Assembly (NCBI GenBank): GCA_040954595.2
Contig: CM082581.2
Coordinates: 3,340,699 to 3,404,698, forward strand
Reading direction: 5' to 3'
From: Balanoglossus misakiensis
Lineage: Eukaryota; Animalia; Hemichordata
Length of the DNA stretch: 64,000 nucleotides
Below, piece by piece: positions 37,030 through 49,770 of this stretch. Within the stretch, counting starts at the first letter, position 1. Every line of letters starts with the position of its first letter. A program made the translations under genes and the position numbers. Under the pieces are notes generated by a model. It was not told the origin of the DNA. It worked only from the letters and a program-made list of their open reading frames with translations, and did not search any database.

Positions 37030-37553
37030 ATGGCTTCTTTTGAAGTGTCTGGGCCTACGGCGTGGTGGATTGATGATGCGGCAACGTCAACCCTTTAGTT
37101 AAATCAAATGCGTCCATGCATGGTGTTTTACTTTTAAGAATTTTTCATTTATTCATTTTAGGAATGTTTTGTCGACTTTGTACAAAACACAAGCAGAAGA
37201 CCAAGTGTGGAGGGACTTGGGTTACAACATCTCCATGTACATGTACTACCCTTCGCGAAGACAAACTCAAGCAGCATGAAGAGACGATGATCCAAAGGAC
37301 GGTAATGCAGCTTGACGCAGTAATTTTTTGTACAATCATTGTGATGATATATTCATGTATGTTTTCTTCCTGTAGATTGTGAGAGAGGGTTCAGTGCTCT
37401 AGGTCGAGTCAAGACTCGTCTCCACAAAAGGTTGTCTCAGCAGGTTTTGAATGCACTTCTTATGGTATTCATAGAAGGACCAACTCCAGCAAACTTTGAT
37501 TTCACCAGAGCAGCGAAGATATGGAGCGAGATGAAGCACATCTTTGAATGGTA
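37030..37553 (+). pseudogene. Internally deleted hAT (ZNF862-like) transposase: TTF zinc finger plus C-terminal dimerisation domain
   Basis: GMFCRLCTKH...GTWV...C...REDKLKQHE, and DCERGFSALGRVKTRLHKRLSQQVLNALLMVFIEGP...FDFTRAAKIW. Confidence 0.75.
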
Positions 37554-39699
37554 GCGTACGGTAGCTCCTTCAAAAGTCCTTAAAGACCCAATATCTGTGG
37601 ATGCTGAACACCCACCTCAGATCCTGGACACTGTCAACAGTTATAACTTGTCTGTATTGTTTGAAGTGTTTTTATCATTATTTATTCACAGTTAAATGTA
37701 AGCAGCAAATTCACACACCAAAACAAAGCCATGAGCAACAGGAGTCTTTTGTACCTTAGCAAAGCTAAATAAATGGTCTTGATAGGGCGTGATTGACACC
37801 TTCAGTAACTATCAACACAAAGTTCACTCCAAAAGTTTTTGCTCAGCGAGTTCACACACATTTGACACAAAGGGCGATAAAAAGGTTGACTAGCATGTGT
37901 CAAATGGTAATTTTGTAAGTCTGTTTTTGCATGCCTGAAAAAAAATTCGTCAGCTCTGAGCTGTGGCCAGTAGCTGCAATGGCGAGCAGTTGTTGGTTGT
38001 ATTGTATCTCGTAATAACGAAACCAAGATTTGCTTTCTAATATTGGTAATGCACAAGTCATTCAATCTTTACTAAATGTACAATACCAATTTCCTGTTAA
38101 ATCCAACCAAAACAACAACAACAAATTTCATTTTATGTCCACTTACATAGATGAGATTGTGATCACATGCCTAAATTTACATAAAAAGATGTCAACATGA
38201 CCTGGGATCATGGAAATCTCTTATCAACAGTTAACTTTGGGGGGGGGGGGGGGATTGGGGCATTTGTATTGAACTTTTGACATCGCCCCATACATGTACA
38301 TGGTGTTATAAAAAACTAATCCTAGCTATGTGTCAAAATATTTTTGATAACTTCAAAATATACAGGACAAAAAATCTAAGACTAATTTTCCCATTGCCAA
38401 TATAACTAGGCTACACAATAGCGTTTTTGAAAAATATTATCAGAACTACATTTTTACCTTGGCCCTACATGTATAAGAATGATTGCTATAACAGGGTATC
38501 AGTAGAACACAAGCAATTGTCATCATCTCATGTAAAATGACTTTTCATTGCAAACCATTAAAATGCTGCCAAGTCAGTTGAAACTGGTTTGATTTCGAGG
38601 GTGCCTAGAATCCTTGCACCAAGGCCTGTTAGGCTGCCAAGGGCATGTTCAGTAGGGCCTATACAAGACCCTTAAATTAAACCAGTACGATCTGGTACAT
38701 TTCGGGGGCAAGGGGGGGGGGGGAGTGGTTCAAACTGCCAAGTGTGTCTAAGTATGAGAGCCATGCCAAGACAGTCAAAATATGTTTAACACGAAAAATA
38801 GCACATGCGTATTTTAAAGGACTTGACACTCTAAACAGGTATGACACCCAGTAGCATTAGGGTTAAAACAGAAGAACACTAGGCCTAGAGACCAATATTC
38901 TGTTGACCTACTTTTGTCTCACCCGTATCTTCTGTAGGGCTTCATTCAAAAGATTTCTTCGCTTAATTTTGTTTACAGTCTAAGTGACGCACTATTTATG
39001 TGTGTCACTGGGCGACATGACATTGTTTACAACAGGTGCACTTGTTTACAAATCAATTTGATGATGAGGAAATCTGTGAATGCTTTTACCCAATTTAATA
39101 GTTCATGTGAGTCCGACACACACACACAGGTTTTCATGTTTTTCTAGCTACAAAACAAATCAACTTTTGTTATTTTTTCCCCATTTACTTTTAGCTGAAT
39201 CCGTTGGACAATAGTTAAATGTAAGTGAACTGCCACTTCAATTGAAATAAAAACAGATGAACTAACACAAAGGCTGATACAAATCGATATCAAAGAAAGC
39301 AATATACGACTAATTTTGTGCTAACTAGTGAAATCAACTACTTATATCAATACAAATATTTACATGTACATGTTGCCCTTGTCGAGTACACAGCCACAAA
39401 GTCACAGATATTTCTAAGATATTGACCATGTAACTTTTGTCACCAAGTGTCACACAACAGTCGCCAGACAAATCCACCCAAGCTCCCGTCCGTAACAAAT
39501 TGTTGTTGTTTTTTGAAGTGCCATACTGTAAATAATCGTCTGACAATGGGCTGTTCAACGGCAACCCACAGTCGCGGGCTTGAATGTTGAAAAAGAAAAT
39601 AAGCATTACCCTCAGGCTCTGAATCTATATTCAAGGGGAAATGACAATATGCCTAATCACAGTATGGCTAAATTAAATGAAGTACAGCATAGAATGAAA

Positions 39700-40430
39700 A
39701 GTGTGTCTGAGTTACTAAATGTTATTGAATTGTTATGGTCGTGAACAAAAACATCATGGCGGACAACTCGTAAAGTCTCGAACGACTGCAGTAGAATTCG
39801 ACATACCTTGTTTTGTTTTCAAACTGGACGTTTTTCCGCCGTCAGCAGCGTTGGAAATACACTCCTTATCCAGACAAGACGTCTCCTCAACGTTATACAA
39901 TAAATAAGACAGTTTTCGTTGGGTTGAACCAGCAAAACTATGTAATTCAGCGAACCTGAAACTTGCTTCGGATAAAACGTAAACAAGGATGATCTCACAC
40001 TGGGCTTTCCCGCGACCTGTTCACTACCATATCATTATCCGAAAACTAGTTCCGAAATTGCTTATATTCACACAGTATTGCAAAAATAAACATTCGTGAA
40101 AATGCTGCATATGAAACAACTTGGCGTTATTTATGTAAGGAAAAGATGAAATTAGTCAACTGTAATTTCCGAATCATCTGGATGACGAAACGGACGACCG
40201 CGGAAGAATATTACACATAGATGATCGTCATCAGAGCACAGCCCGGACACGTACGTAATGATGTTGATGTTTGTGTGAAGTTCATTGACCTCAATACCGT
40301 AGCGCGGAAGGCAACCTTCAATTTCAGTTCCGCTTTTCTTGGAAGAGAATAAACACAATCCTGCGTTCAACTACCTTGCAGCCAGGGAAAATTCATCAGC
40401 TCTCCGAAAAACACATCCATGTCTTGATAA
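39700..40430 (-). promoter_or_regulatory. CpG-richer region, candidate promoter and non-coding first exon(s) of PAIP2
   Basis: Raised CpG and a donor-like AAG|gtag at 40374. The PAIP2 ATG exon has an acceptor at 34557, so an upstream UTR exon is expected. Confidence 0.35.
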
Positions 40431-40469
40431 ATTGTAAGACGATCACTTTGCAGTGGCAATTTACAATTA

Positions 40470-41395
40470 GGGACCGTTCAGTTTTTACGGCAGGGGGGGG
40501 GGGGGGTGCCGGCAAGTTTGTGTCATCGGTTCTCAAAATCAGTCCGAATCACCCAGGACCAAAAATGATGACCCCCCCCCCTTTGACAGACCCAAAAATA
40601 TGATGACCCCCCCCCCATGCCGAAAACATTCGCTGTCCTGATCCTATGTACACTGTATGCAATATAGGGAATGAGGCTCCTGACACCCCAATTATAAATT
40701 TCTTAAAGTATTATTGAAGTATATAATAGTATATCGTTGCAATAAAGAAATCTATGAACAATTAAAATGACTAGTCAATACAATAGTTGCTATAATCGGT
40801 AAAACAAGAAAAGTGGCGGGGGTGGACGTGGGAGGGGGTTCTCCCTCCCACACAAGAAAATTTTGTAAAATATGTAGCGCAAAGTTACATTTTAATGAAC
40901 TCAAAAGCAAATTATCTCAATGTTTGGGAGGACCAATTTTACTTTTTGCCACTCCACTCAAAGTTAGAAGATTTGGCGTCATCTTCGTCATGACATCATT
41001 TATAAAACTTCTAGTATATAGAAGATGCAGCGCGAAACTATCAGTTATGCAAAATGGTTTAAACAATTATTCTCCTTTATGTATTCACTTTGTTAAATAT
41101 TATCATCGGTGAGGTTGGGGTGGCAAGCACTCTGCCCTGGTACAAAAAATGAAATGTGGCGGAGAATGTAGGGTGTGGGTGTGGTGCCACATTAGAAAAT
41201 TTTGTAAAATAAAGGGCGCGAAACTGCAATTTTGTGGACTCAAAAGCAAAAGTTTGGTGGCAAAAGTATGTGACCCCCCCTAAACGTTTAAAAAAACAGA
41301 TGACCCCCCCCCCTTGTGGACTTCAAAATTTAAGTGACCCCCCCACCCTGGATTTTGCCGCCCCCCCCCCCCGGCCGTAAAAACTGAACGGCCCC
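40470..41395. mobile_element. PIF/Harbinger MITE, inverted copy of 24810-25636
   Basis: TTA|GGGACCGTTCAG...CTGAACGGCCCC|TTA. Confidence 0.85.
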
Positions 41396-41467
41396 TTATT
41401 GATCATTGGCTGCTTTCATCTTGGAATTAAATGAATGAAGACGACGTCGCTAACTTTTAACATTTGA

Positions 41468-41650
41468 CATTTTATTTTATTTTATTTTATTTTATTTTAT
41501 TTTTATTTATTTTTTATTTTATTTTATTTTATTTTATTTTATTTTATTTTATTTTATTTTATTTTATTTTATTTTATTTTATTTTATTTTATTTTATTTT
41601 ATTTTATTTTATTTTATTTTATTTTATTTTATTGTATTTTATTGTATTTT
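41468..41650. repeat. (ATTTT)n pentanucleotide microsatellite, about 180 bp
   Basis: Direct reading. Confidence 0.95.
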
Positions 41651-44600
41651 GACCGGCTATTTATGTTGTACTCATTGGAACATACGGCGGTTGCCCATGA
41701 TACTAAACGCCACATATATATTTTTTGAAAGCAAACAAATTATTTTTCCAGACAAAAAATTATGAGGTTTTATTTCCCCCAAAACAAACTCAAATTTTGG
41801 TTGAAGCAAGCGTAATTTATAAAATTCTAATTTTGATAGACTAAACATTTTGATTTTGACAGTAAAACTTCATAATTTTAGTTTGCACAACTCTTATTTC
41901 GAGGACAAAATTCCAAACACTAACTTTAACTCTCTGATTTCTGCAAGAGTATAAATACTTTAAAAAAGACTAATCATTTAAACCATAGCGAGATTATTTT
42001 TTGAACCTGAATAAACTTTGAATAGGAATAACTTCTAGTACATGTGTACTTTGAAAATATTCAATTCAGAGAGCAAAAACTTGATTTTCGAATGCCAACT
42101 TTAGTTTTTTTTCCCCAAGAAATAACGTTTCAATTAAGATTTGTTTTCCAAAATGGAAACAAATGTGGTTTTCAAGATAAAATAATACAGGGTTATTTAT
42201 AACAAAATTCGGCCCTGAATGACGAGGCTCAGAGAGTGACGCGTATCATGCAAACTAGATAATTGCGCCCTCACATATCATAAACATATTCTCCGTGAAA
42301 CTAAATTGCGCCCTCAAGAAGAGTAGATTTTATGCTTTCTCTCCATCCTGTATTTCATTACACAATAGAGTTCAGTTTTACGAAATATGAATAATACTGA
42401 AATGTAGGAAAATGCATCTCAGGCATTAAGTTTGTTGTCTCCAGAAAATGATTTTGCTCCCATACAAAAATTGTATTCAATGTATTGCAATGTGGCCTAC
42501 CCTGACGGTGTTCGTAATGACAGGTTTCACTGTAGGCCTACACACTGCGACAACACACCACTGTATAGCACAGGTGATAATTTCCAAAAAGTTAGAAATG
42601 TTTCACTTTACAAATTATTCATTCCAGATTTTCTTTGCCAGGACACCTCTCTATACTTCTATAGCAGAGTGTGCACTGCCGGCTGTATAGTAGACAGCCA
42701 ACTTAGCGTGCAAATACTGGTTTCTATGTAAAATAGTCAAGAACATCAGAAATTCAGAGGTGTTCACATGATATGAAAGTTGCCCCAAAAGAGGAATCCT
42801 TTGGAATTTTGTAAACTGAAAGTACCGGTTTTACGAATTCTTCGTTATGCCTAGTCCTAAAATCACAGAAGATTTTAATATAAAATGCATATGTGTCAAA
42901 CCCTGTTTACTCAGTCCTGGCATGAAAATCAGTGACCCTCTCCAACAACCAAATATATCTTTTCACAAATTGCTGCGACCTTCCCTAGACACCCACACGA
43001 AAAAAATAGTGGACCTCACAAAATGCACAAGTTCACCGGGCCTGTTAAATCCTATAAGGCTTACAGGCCCATGGATTCATTTATTCAATTTATTTATTTT
43101 TCTTCGATCGTTGTTGCTTTTATATTTCACTCAAATTTCTGGTGGCAGTAATTACTTCAGACAGGGCATTCAAATTATTATTCAAGTTTCTACAGTAATA
43201 AGTGGCTATGCAAAAACCAAAATGTTATTGCTTTCCATGAAAGTGGTGATTTTCACAGTGGCCACAGCAATAATAACTCGTATGTATTGGGTTTCTGAGC
43301 CAAAATAAAGAGATCTATATAAATGTTAAAGAGAACGGAAATTCAGGTTGATTGCTATAACTTCCGTTCCATCCGAAGATGTGCACAAAGATTGTGAATC
43401 ATTGCCCCCGGATCGCTTGATTGTAAATGTACATGTAAGTAGTATACGGGCTGTGGTGGAGGGATAGTTATTTAAATGAGATATAGGGAGTTTCCGAAAT
43501 CAAGGATAAACATACCAACGAGAATACCACACAGATACACCATCACAATTCGCCTTGTTTGTTGACAATGTGTTTATATCATAGAGTGGTACAAATACAG
43601 GTAATTAGCCAACGGTTTTTGTAGTAAATTTTGTTTGGGAGGGAAAATTGTGGTCTTGCTTATAAAAGACTCGATAAAGATTATTGCAAAACAAAGCGGT
43701 TACATTTTAATGTTGAAAGCTGGCACAAAAAATACTAAATTCATTTCAGCTTCTGATCATCCTCTCTGTCAAAATGTGACGTGACAGGGTGGAAAGTACT
43801 TACAAACCCTTCGTATATCCGCTGACTAAATCCACTCAATTTGATGACACCCTTCCCGAAAGCTGACTAACCAGTCCTTTGATAATTAAAACGATCAAGC
43901 TGTAATTAAGTTCTACATAACTTTCTTCTGTAACTCTAAACGTTTTCAGTCAATCTGACATGTATTTAACGGGTCTCCATCACCCGGTTAGTACCTGTGA
44001 CCTAAACGAGCATAGTATTAGAACCTTAGTAGCAACCCTTCGAGTCCTTTCGTGACTGGCTCAGGTGTTGTACAGTCTCCACTGGCGACGTATTCCCGGA
44101 ACGTTGATTAGCATTCTTCGTGTGAATGGCATCCTGAAATGGTTCGCAGCAAACACACTTTACCGTTCAACACATTTAAAATCTAGAGTATTTAAAGATC
44201 TAAAGTACAATGACTCACTCGTATTCACTTACTACAAAATTACCTGGTTTTCCGCGTTCAGTTTAGACAGTAACGGGACTGCAGTGAAATCTTGGAGAAC
44301 ACACTTCAGTATAGCTGTAGGCCTATCTCTTCACACGGGATTAGTGTCCGACGATTTGGGTTTTTAAGCTATCTCATCGTGCGTTTCCATGTATATTGAC
44401 TGTTATATTAATGTACAAAAATAGATACATGCGCATACAAAATGAGCACAATTTCATGCTTGTCATCACTGGATTCTGGAGGTGATTGATTGTCAATGCC
44501 AACTTGGCATCAATTACATTGTCAACTTTGGTCAAGTTTTAATCTCTGACAAATCGAGAACGTTTGATTTGATTGTCATTATACGCATTAGCAATCATCT

Positions 44601-47600
44601 CAAACAACGTTGGGACATTTCTACATTATGTCACATAAACTTTGATAAGATAGATACATTTCTGTAACCATCAGTTTTGATTTTAACGTGTATGTGCATT
44701 CGTTGACTAGATATTCAAACAATTGGCCATAATATAATATTCACAAATAGCGGATCCCTGTATATGTATCTCCGTCCGTTGTCTTACTAATTTTTATTTC
44801 TCAGTACCAAGTTGGGATTGATCAACAGAATATGGCCTAAACATATCAATGTATGATATGGCCACTCCAATATCGGAGTCCATAATTCTCCCCCAAGGTT
44901 TTGCTACCTGGATGAGTGATGAACATCTTATGTGGTCGACACAATACAGTTAATATATGCAGTGAGTTGTCGACCGTTTACCCAGAACGCAATTGATAAA
45001 GTGTAATTTGACCCCCTTGCACGAAGCCAGAATTGAGTGTGTCTGCCTAAGTTATTCCAGTCACATGTCTTGGATGGCAATAAACTTTCCTTGAAGAATT
45101 AAAGTTAAGAGATCGCCACAGAGGGCATTTGCCATATCTTACAAAATAAAGATTACCAATATAGCCATCCAAATCAGCTTGTTCGTGCTCAAAATGTTGT
45201 ATGTAGTGTTTGTCTATCATGATCGATAGAGGTGAGATCAGGATCGGATACTCAAAATAGACCCATCAATACATGCAGTCCATGGCAATGGATGTTAGGG
45301 CTGTTTTCATATTATGTACCCGCAGCATAGGTGAGACATCAACTCAGTTTGTGTTAACATTTGTCGGTGGCGACTTCATAAATTAATGATTGCAAAAGTG
45401 GGAAGGAGTGTTTGTAAGTGTGAAAGGGGATACCGTGTATAAAAGAGGACTCTCTCTCAAAATTCTCCTGGGTCCTTCCAGAGGAGTTTGCGAACGCGGC
45501 GGCCGTTTGAAGTCGACATGAGCGCCAACAGACACGTATACGCGTTACACACGAGATAAAGTGACTTTTTGATCAAGTACATGTAGTATACAACATCGAA
45601 CTGTTTTGAATCAGTGCTTGAATTTTTATTGTTACAACAGCTCAAGGCAAGAATTTAAAATTTTGACTTATTTCTCCTCGCTACATTTATCATGTTGGTC
45701 ATAAATTTGTGTAGCTTCGGTTTCCGTTGCTTGAGGTTTTGCATGGTATTGTGTGTGGACGGCAAAAGCAGACACAATACCGGGCAAAATCCCGCGCTGT
45801 TATAATACCCAGTACTGGTACGGTTCGCCCATGTTTATTTTTTCATCTAAATCCGTGATGGGGTAAACAAATTAAGTCATTAACAGGTGCTTAACGGGAA
45901 ACTGGATAGCTTGTATTGTGGAGTATAAACACAAAAAGACAAGTACAGAGATTGTTCAGCAAGTAACGTTATTTGAATAAAAAAACTGTAGATCGGAACT
46001 TCTCCGTCGGATATTGATTAGTGTTACATGCCTGCATCACCCTGTATGGGGTCTGGGTCTTGCACACAGGCACCGCCGCAGGTCTAGACGAGACATGTCG
46101 GCCGAGGGTAGGCCTACTTCGGGAAATGATGCGTGACCTCAACAATGAACTTATTCATTTCAATCACGCCCATTTATACCCTGGGGTCAGATCTCATTAA
46201 TAATTTATATCAACTTATCAAGCCAGAATGTACAACTCATAACAGTCGCTTGTGCCAGCTAAACGGAAACCACTTTGCACAGTTTAGTACGCAAAACATT
46301 GGCGATAACGGCAGCTCCAATCTGATCATTAAAACTTCAGCTGTAGAGATAGGTCCGTTTTGACATCGGCCATTGCCGTTATCGTTCCGTTGCTGTCTCT
46401 TCTCTAGAGCAGTAAAAACGGAGCATGTATATCTATCTACAGCTGACTTTAATCAGATTGATGGAGGCCTAACCTCTTGTTTCGAAAGAAGTGTTCACAT
46501 TCTGACAGCGTCATCACCTATGGGTCATTTTAATCAGGCAATACGAAGACTGGGGGTTTGAAGGTAGATGACAACACCTATATGCAGTGCGTGGTTATCA
46601 ATTCCATAGCCTTCCATGTAGAATTTTGATAAAATAGTGTCACAATATTTTTATTTGCTTCAAATTTACACGAAAGGTGCCAAAAGAGGGATATTATTAA
46701 ATAATATAAAGAAAACACTATGTCATCGTGCTTGTTTTTTTTTATAGAGCTGGAGAGTGAGAAAATGCTGACTCAGCAATTTCCACATTATTTGAGAACC
46801 CCTGACTGAAAAAATAACATGGGAACACCCCGTTTTCTCTCTAATGCATTAATGATATCACAAAAAGGTAAAAAAAAAGAGCGACTTTGTCTCTTTAATA
46901 GACAAGTTAAAATTTCGAGTGGCGCGCGGTGCTGTTTATAGGCCTACACGTCAGTAATTGGACAATCGTGGCGAACAGGTTTTAGTAACAAGCACGCGTC
47001 ACCTTCCAGTGATAGAATACAAAACGAATTGACAGTGTTATGAATGTCGGACTCATGTAACTCACGAGCTGAACTTTAAAAATGGTTGCCGGCAGAATTA
47101 AATGTGCCTATATTTGTTGTTAATAATTTCCTTTTGATTTGGAGGACCGGAACAATACCACGTAGTACATGTCACAAGTGCTTATTCCTACTCACTTTCG
47201 AGGAGAAGTATATGTCAGTGTAGTACGCATATTTACAGTGCCAATATTCGGACGGGTACGCTGCACGCGACAATGTCAGCGCGTGTCAATGCACGTCTCT
47301 GTTTCACTTCATCACTGGGAAGATGAGGCGCCCGTATTTGTTAGGGTACTCACCGCCATATGTCAGTTTTTCATGCGAGGAGGAAATCAAAACGTTCGCG
47401 TGAGTTGTTCCATTTTTTGTCTTTTTAGAAACTGGCTTCAAGCTATTCAATATTCTTCATCTAAATCTGCTGTAAGACGATTCATTTGATCGAGCGAGAC
47501 AATTTGGATTGAAATATGTACTGAACAGCTGCAAGACTGGCATGAAAGATCCAAGTTACATGTAACAATACAAATACTAGTTGTTTTCGTGAGAGTTGGG

Positions 47601-48351
47601 CCCTCTGGGACTTCAATATCGTCGAGAACAAAAAATAACTGGCATTTGTTTCAATACAAGATTAAAATTGTACTGGTGTTGACTTCCTATTTTCACTTCG
47701 CTCTCAATATTTGATTTTGTTTCCTGTTTTCCAACCTGCTCCATGATCAAAGGTCAAACTTGTCCATTCTCAACAACTTTAAGGCACAAAAGCAAAGTCC
47801 AGCCAAATAGCAAATGAAGTCAAGAGTTTGCAGAATTCATGTCTTTTGCCGGAAAGCACTGAAGCATAGTATTAAATGAATTTTGATCATAGGAACATGT
47901 TGTAACCGATGTTCCTTGGCGAGTTCTTTAAGAGACGATGTGCGCTATGTGTTCATCTTGTCGTAAAAACGGTTTGTTTTATTCGATGTAATTACTATTT
48001 ACAGCGATCTTATGAGGAGAAGAAAGAAAGTCCACTGAGAACGTTTTATTGGTCAAAGCAGAGTGAGTGATATGGCATAACCCTCAAAGAACAGTTCTTT
48101 CATAACCTATCAACAATAGGACGCCTCAACAAAAGGAGTCTTCTCTTTGAATAGCAGCAGTAATTGTGTCTTGGGCAGGTTTTAGTACAGTGTCTTGCAC
48201 CATTAGGCCTCTAGCTTGGAGCGATCAATAAGAGGCGCATAGTGCTGATTCGCTGTGTTATCCAGTGTCATTCCTTTCGGTGCGACGACAGCTACAGTCA
48301 GTGGACACCGCGCTTATGCGTGTGCATGTGTCACCAGTAGCATGAGCCACT

Positions 48352-49770
48352 ATGTCGAACTGGACAGATTTTCCGGAATATACTGCGACTCAAACAGTTA
48401 TATTTGGGAATGACTCGGAATATATTCAAAACGATACAGCCAGATTGACTGACTACCCGGAATCACCGACCGTGTCGGAATATACAACTGAAACTGCTGG
48501 ATTTGGTAGTTATCCCGGATATGCCACAATCGACGCCGTTGGACTTGGCAATGCCACCGCCAATGGGACTAACTCGACGGCTGAAAACTTCCAGACGTCA
48601 CCGTACACATTATGGCAAGCTGTTCTGATCTGCTTCATACTAGGTATGGTAATAATATTGACTATTATCGGCAACTGTTTAGTGGTGCTGTCTGTCTGCC
48701 TGGTACGCAAACTTCGCACCCCGGCAAACTCCCTCTACGTCTCGCTAGCCATCTCTGATCTCAGCGTGGCCATCCTGGTGATGCCACTGTCACTTGTCTA
48801 TGAGATCACCGGTAGCTGGTTGCTCGGTCCGGCCGTCTGTGATATGTGGATTATATTCGACGTAATAGCATGCACCTCGTCAATACTGCATCTCTGTATG
48901 ATCAGTGTCGATCGTTACCTGGCCATTACTCGTCCGTTGAAATACGCGACCAAGCGAACTCCCAGACTTATGGCTGCAATGATTACACTCATCTGGGTAG
49001 CCTCGGCTCTGATCCCATTGCCACCACTGTTTGGATGGGGCAAAGGTAACGTGCACACCGATAATAACTGTTTAATCAGCCAGGACTACGCCTACACAGT
49101 TTATTCCACTTTTGGAGCTTTCTACGTTCCGCTCTTCATTATGATCGTCATTTACCTCAAAATCTACAGGGCGGCAAACCTGTTGCGATTGGCCGACAAG
49201 AAACAGAACAGAGCGACGAAGGAAAGAAATCGAAATTCTTTAAAGCGAGTGGCGAAGAGTCCTTCAACTGATTCTGGGTATGAGAACTTGGCATCTTTTC
49301 ACGGCAGCAAAGACAGAAAATTTTCAAAATGGTCAGGACTCACGAAGTCGAAACAAGGGGGACACAGAATCTCTGTTTCTGGGGAAAGGAAAGCTGCGAA
49401 AACGCTGGGCGTCATCATGGGCGCATTTATTCTCTGTTGGTTGCCCTTCTTTATAGTGGCATTTCTCAGACCTTTCTGTAACTGTACAATTTCGCCGGTG
49501 CTAGACGGTTGTTTACTTTGGGTTGGCTACCTCAACTCATTATTAAACCCGATAATATACGCCATGTTGAACAGGGACTTTCGAAAACCATTCCGGTACC
49601 TTTTAATGTGTCGATTGAAGGAAATCACCAAACTTTCTGGAAACCAAAGTGTGACGCTGGCCTTGAAGTTGATGGCCGAGGAGAGAATGGAACAGAGTCG
49701 AAACAGTCACGGAAAGCGTTCCTATGCCAACGGAGACAGTACTGAGACAAGCGAGTTGACGAGAATTTGA
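48352..49770 (+). CDS. HTR7: Serotonin receptor, 5-HT7-like class A aminergic GPCR, single coding exon, 472 aa
   Basis: Seven TM segments; GNCLVVLSVCLVRKLR, D3.32 in FDVIACT, DRY, CLISQD, ERKAAKTLG, CWLPFF..LRPF, NPIIY, NRDFRKPF; several N-terminal N-glycosylation sequons. Confidence 0.9.
   Translation: MSNWTDFPEYTATQTVIFGNDSEYIQNDTARLTDYPESPTVSEYTTETAGFGSYPGYATIDAVGLGNATANGTNSTAENFQTSPYTLWQAVLICFILGMVIILTIIGNCLVVLSVCLVRKLRTPANSLYVSLAISDLSVAILVMPLSLVYEITGSWLLGPAVCDMWIIFDVIACTSSILHLCMISVDRYLAITRPLKYATKRTPRLMAAMITLIWVASALIPLPPLFGWGKGNVHTDNNCLISQDYAYTVYSTFGAFYVPLFIMIVIYLKIYRAANLLRLADKKQNRATKERNRNSLKRVAKSPSTDSGYENLASFHGSKDRKFSKWSGLTKSKQGGHRISVSGERKAAKTLGVIMGAFILCWLPFFIVAFLRPFCNCTISPVLDGCLLWVGYLNSLLNPIIYAMLNRDFRKPFRYLLMCRLKEITKLSGNQSVTLALKLMAEERMEQSRNSHGKRSYANGDSTETSELTRI

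Noticed and set aside
41464-41652. FYFIL-repeat ORF
   Set aside because: Translation of the (ATTTT)n microsatellite.
42847-43308. 153-aa plus-strand ORF
   Set aside because: No recognisable domain or splice context.
43480-44370. Faint LINE-like peptides (FVWEGK, WFAANTL.FN..K)
   Set aside because: Too degenerate and out of canonical order to call without a search.
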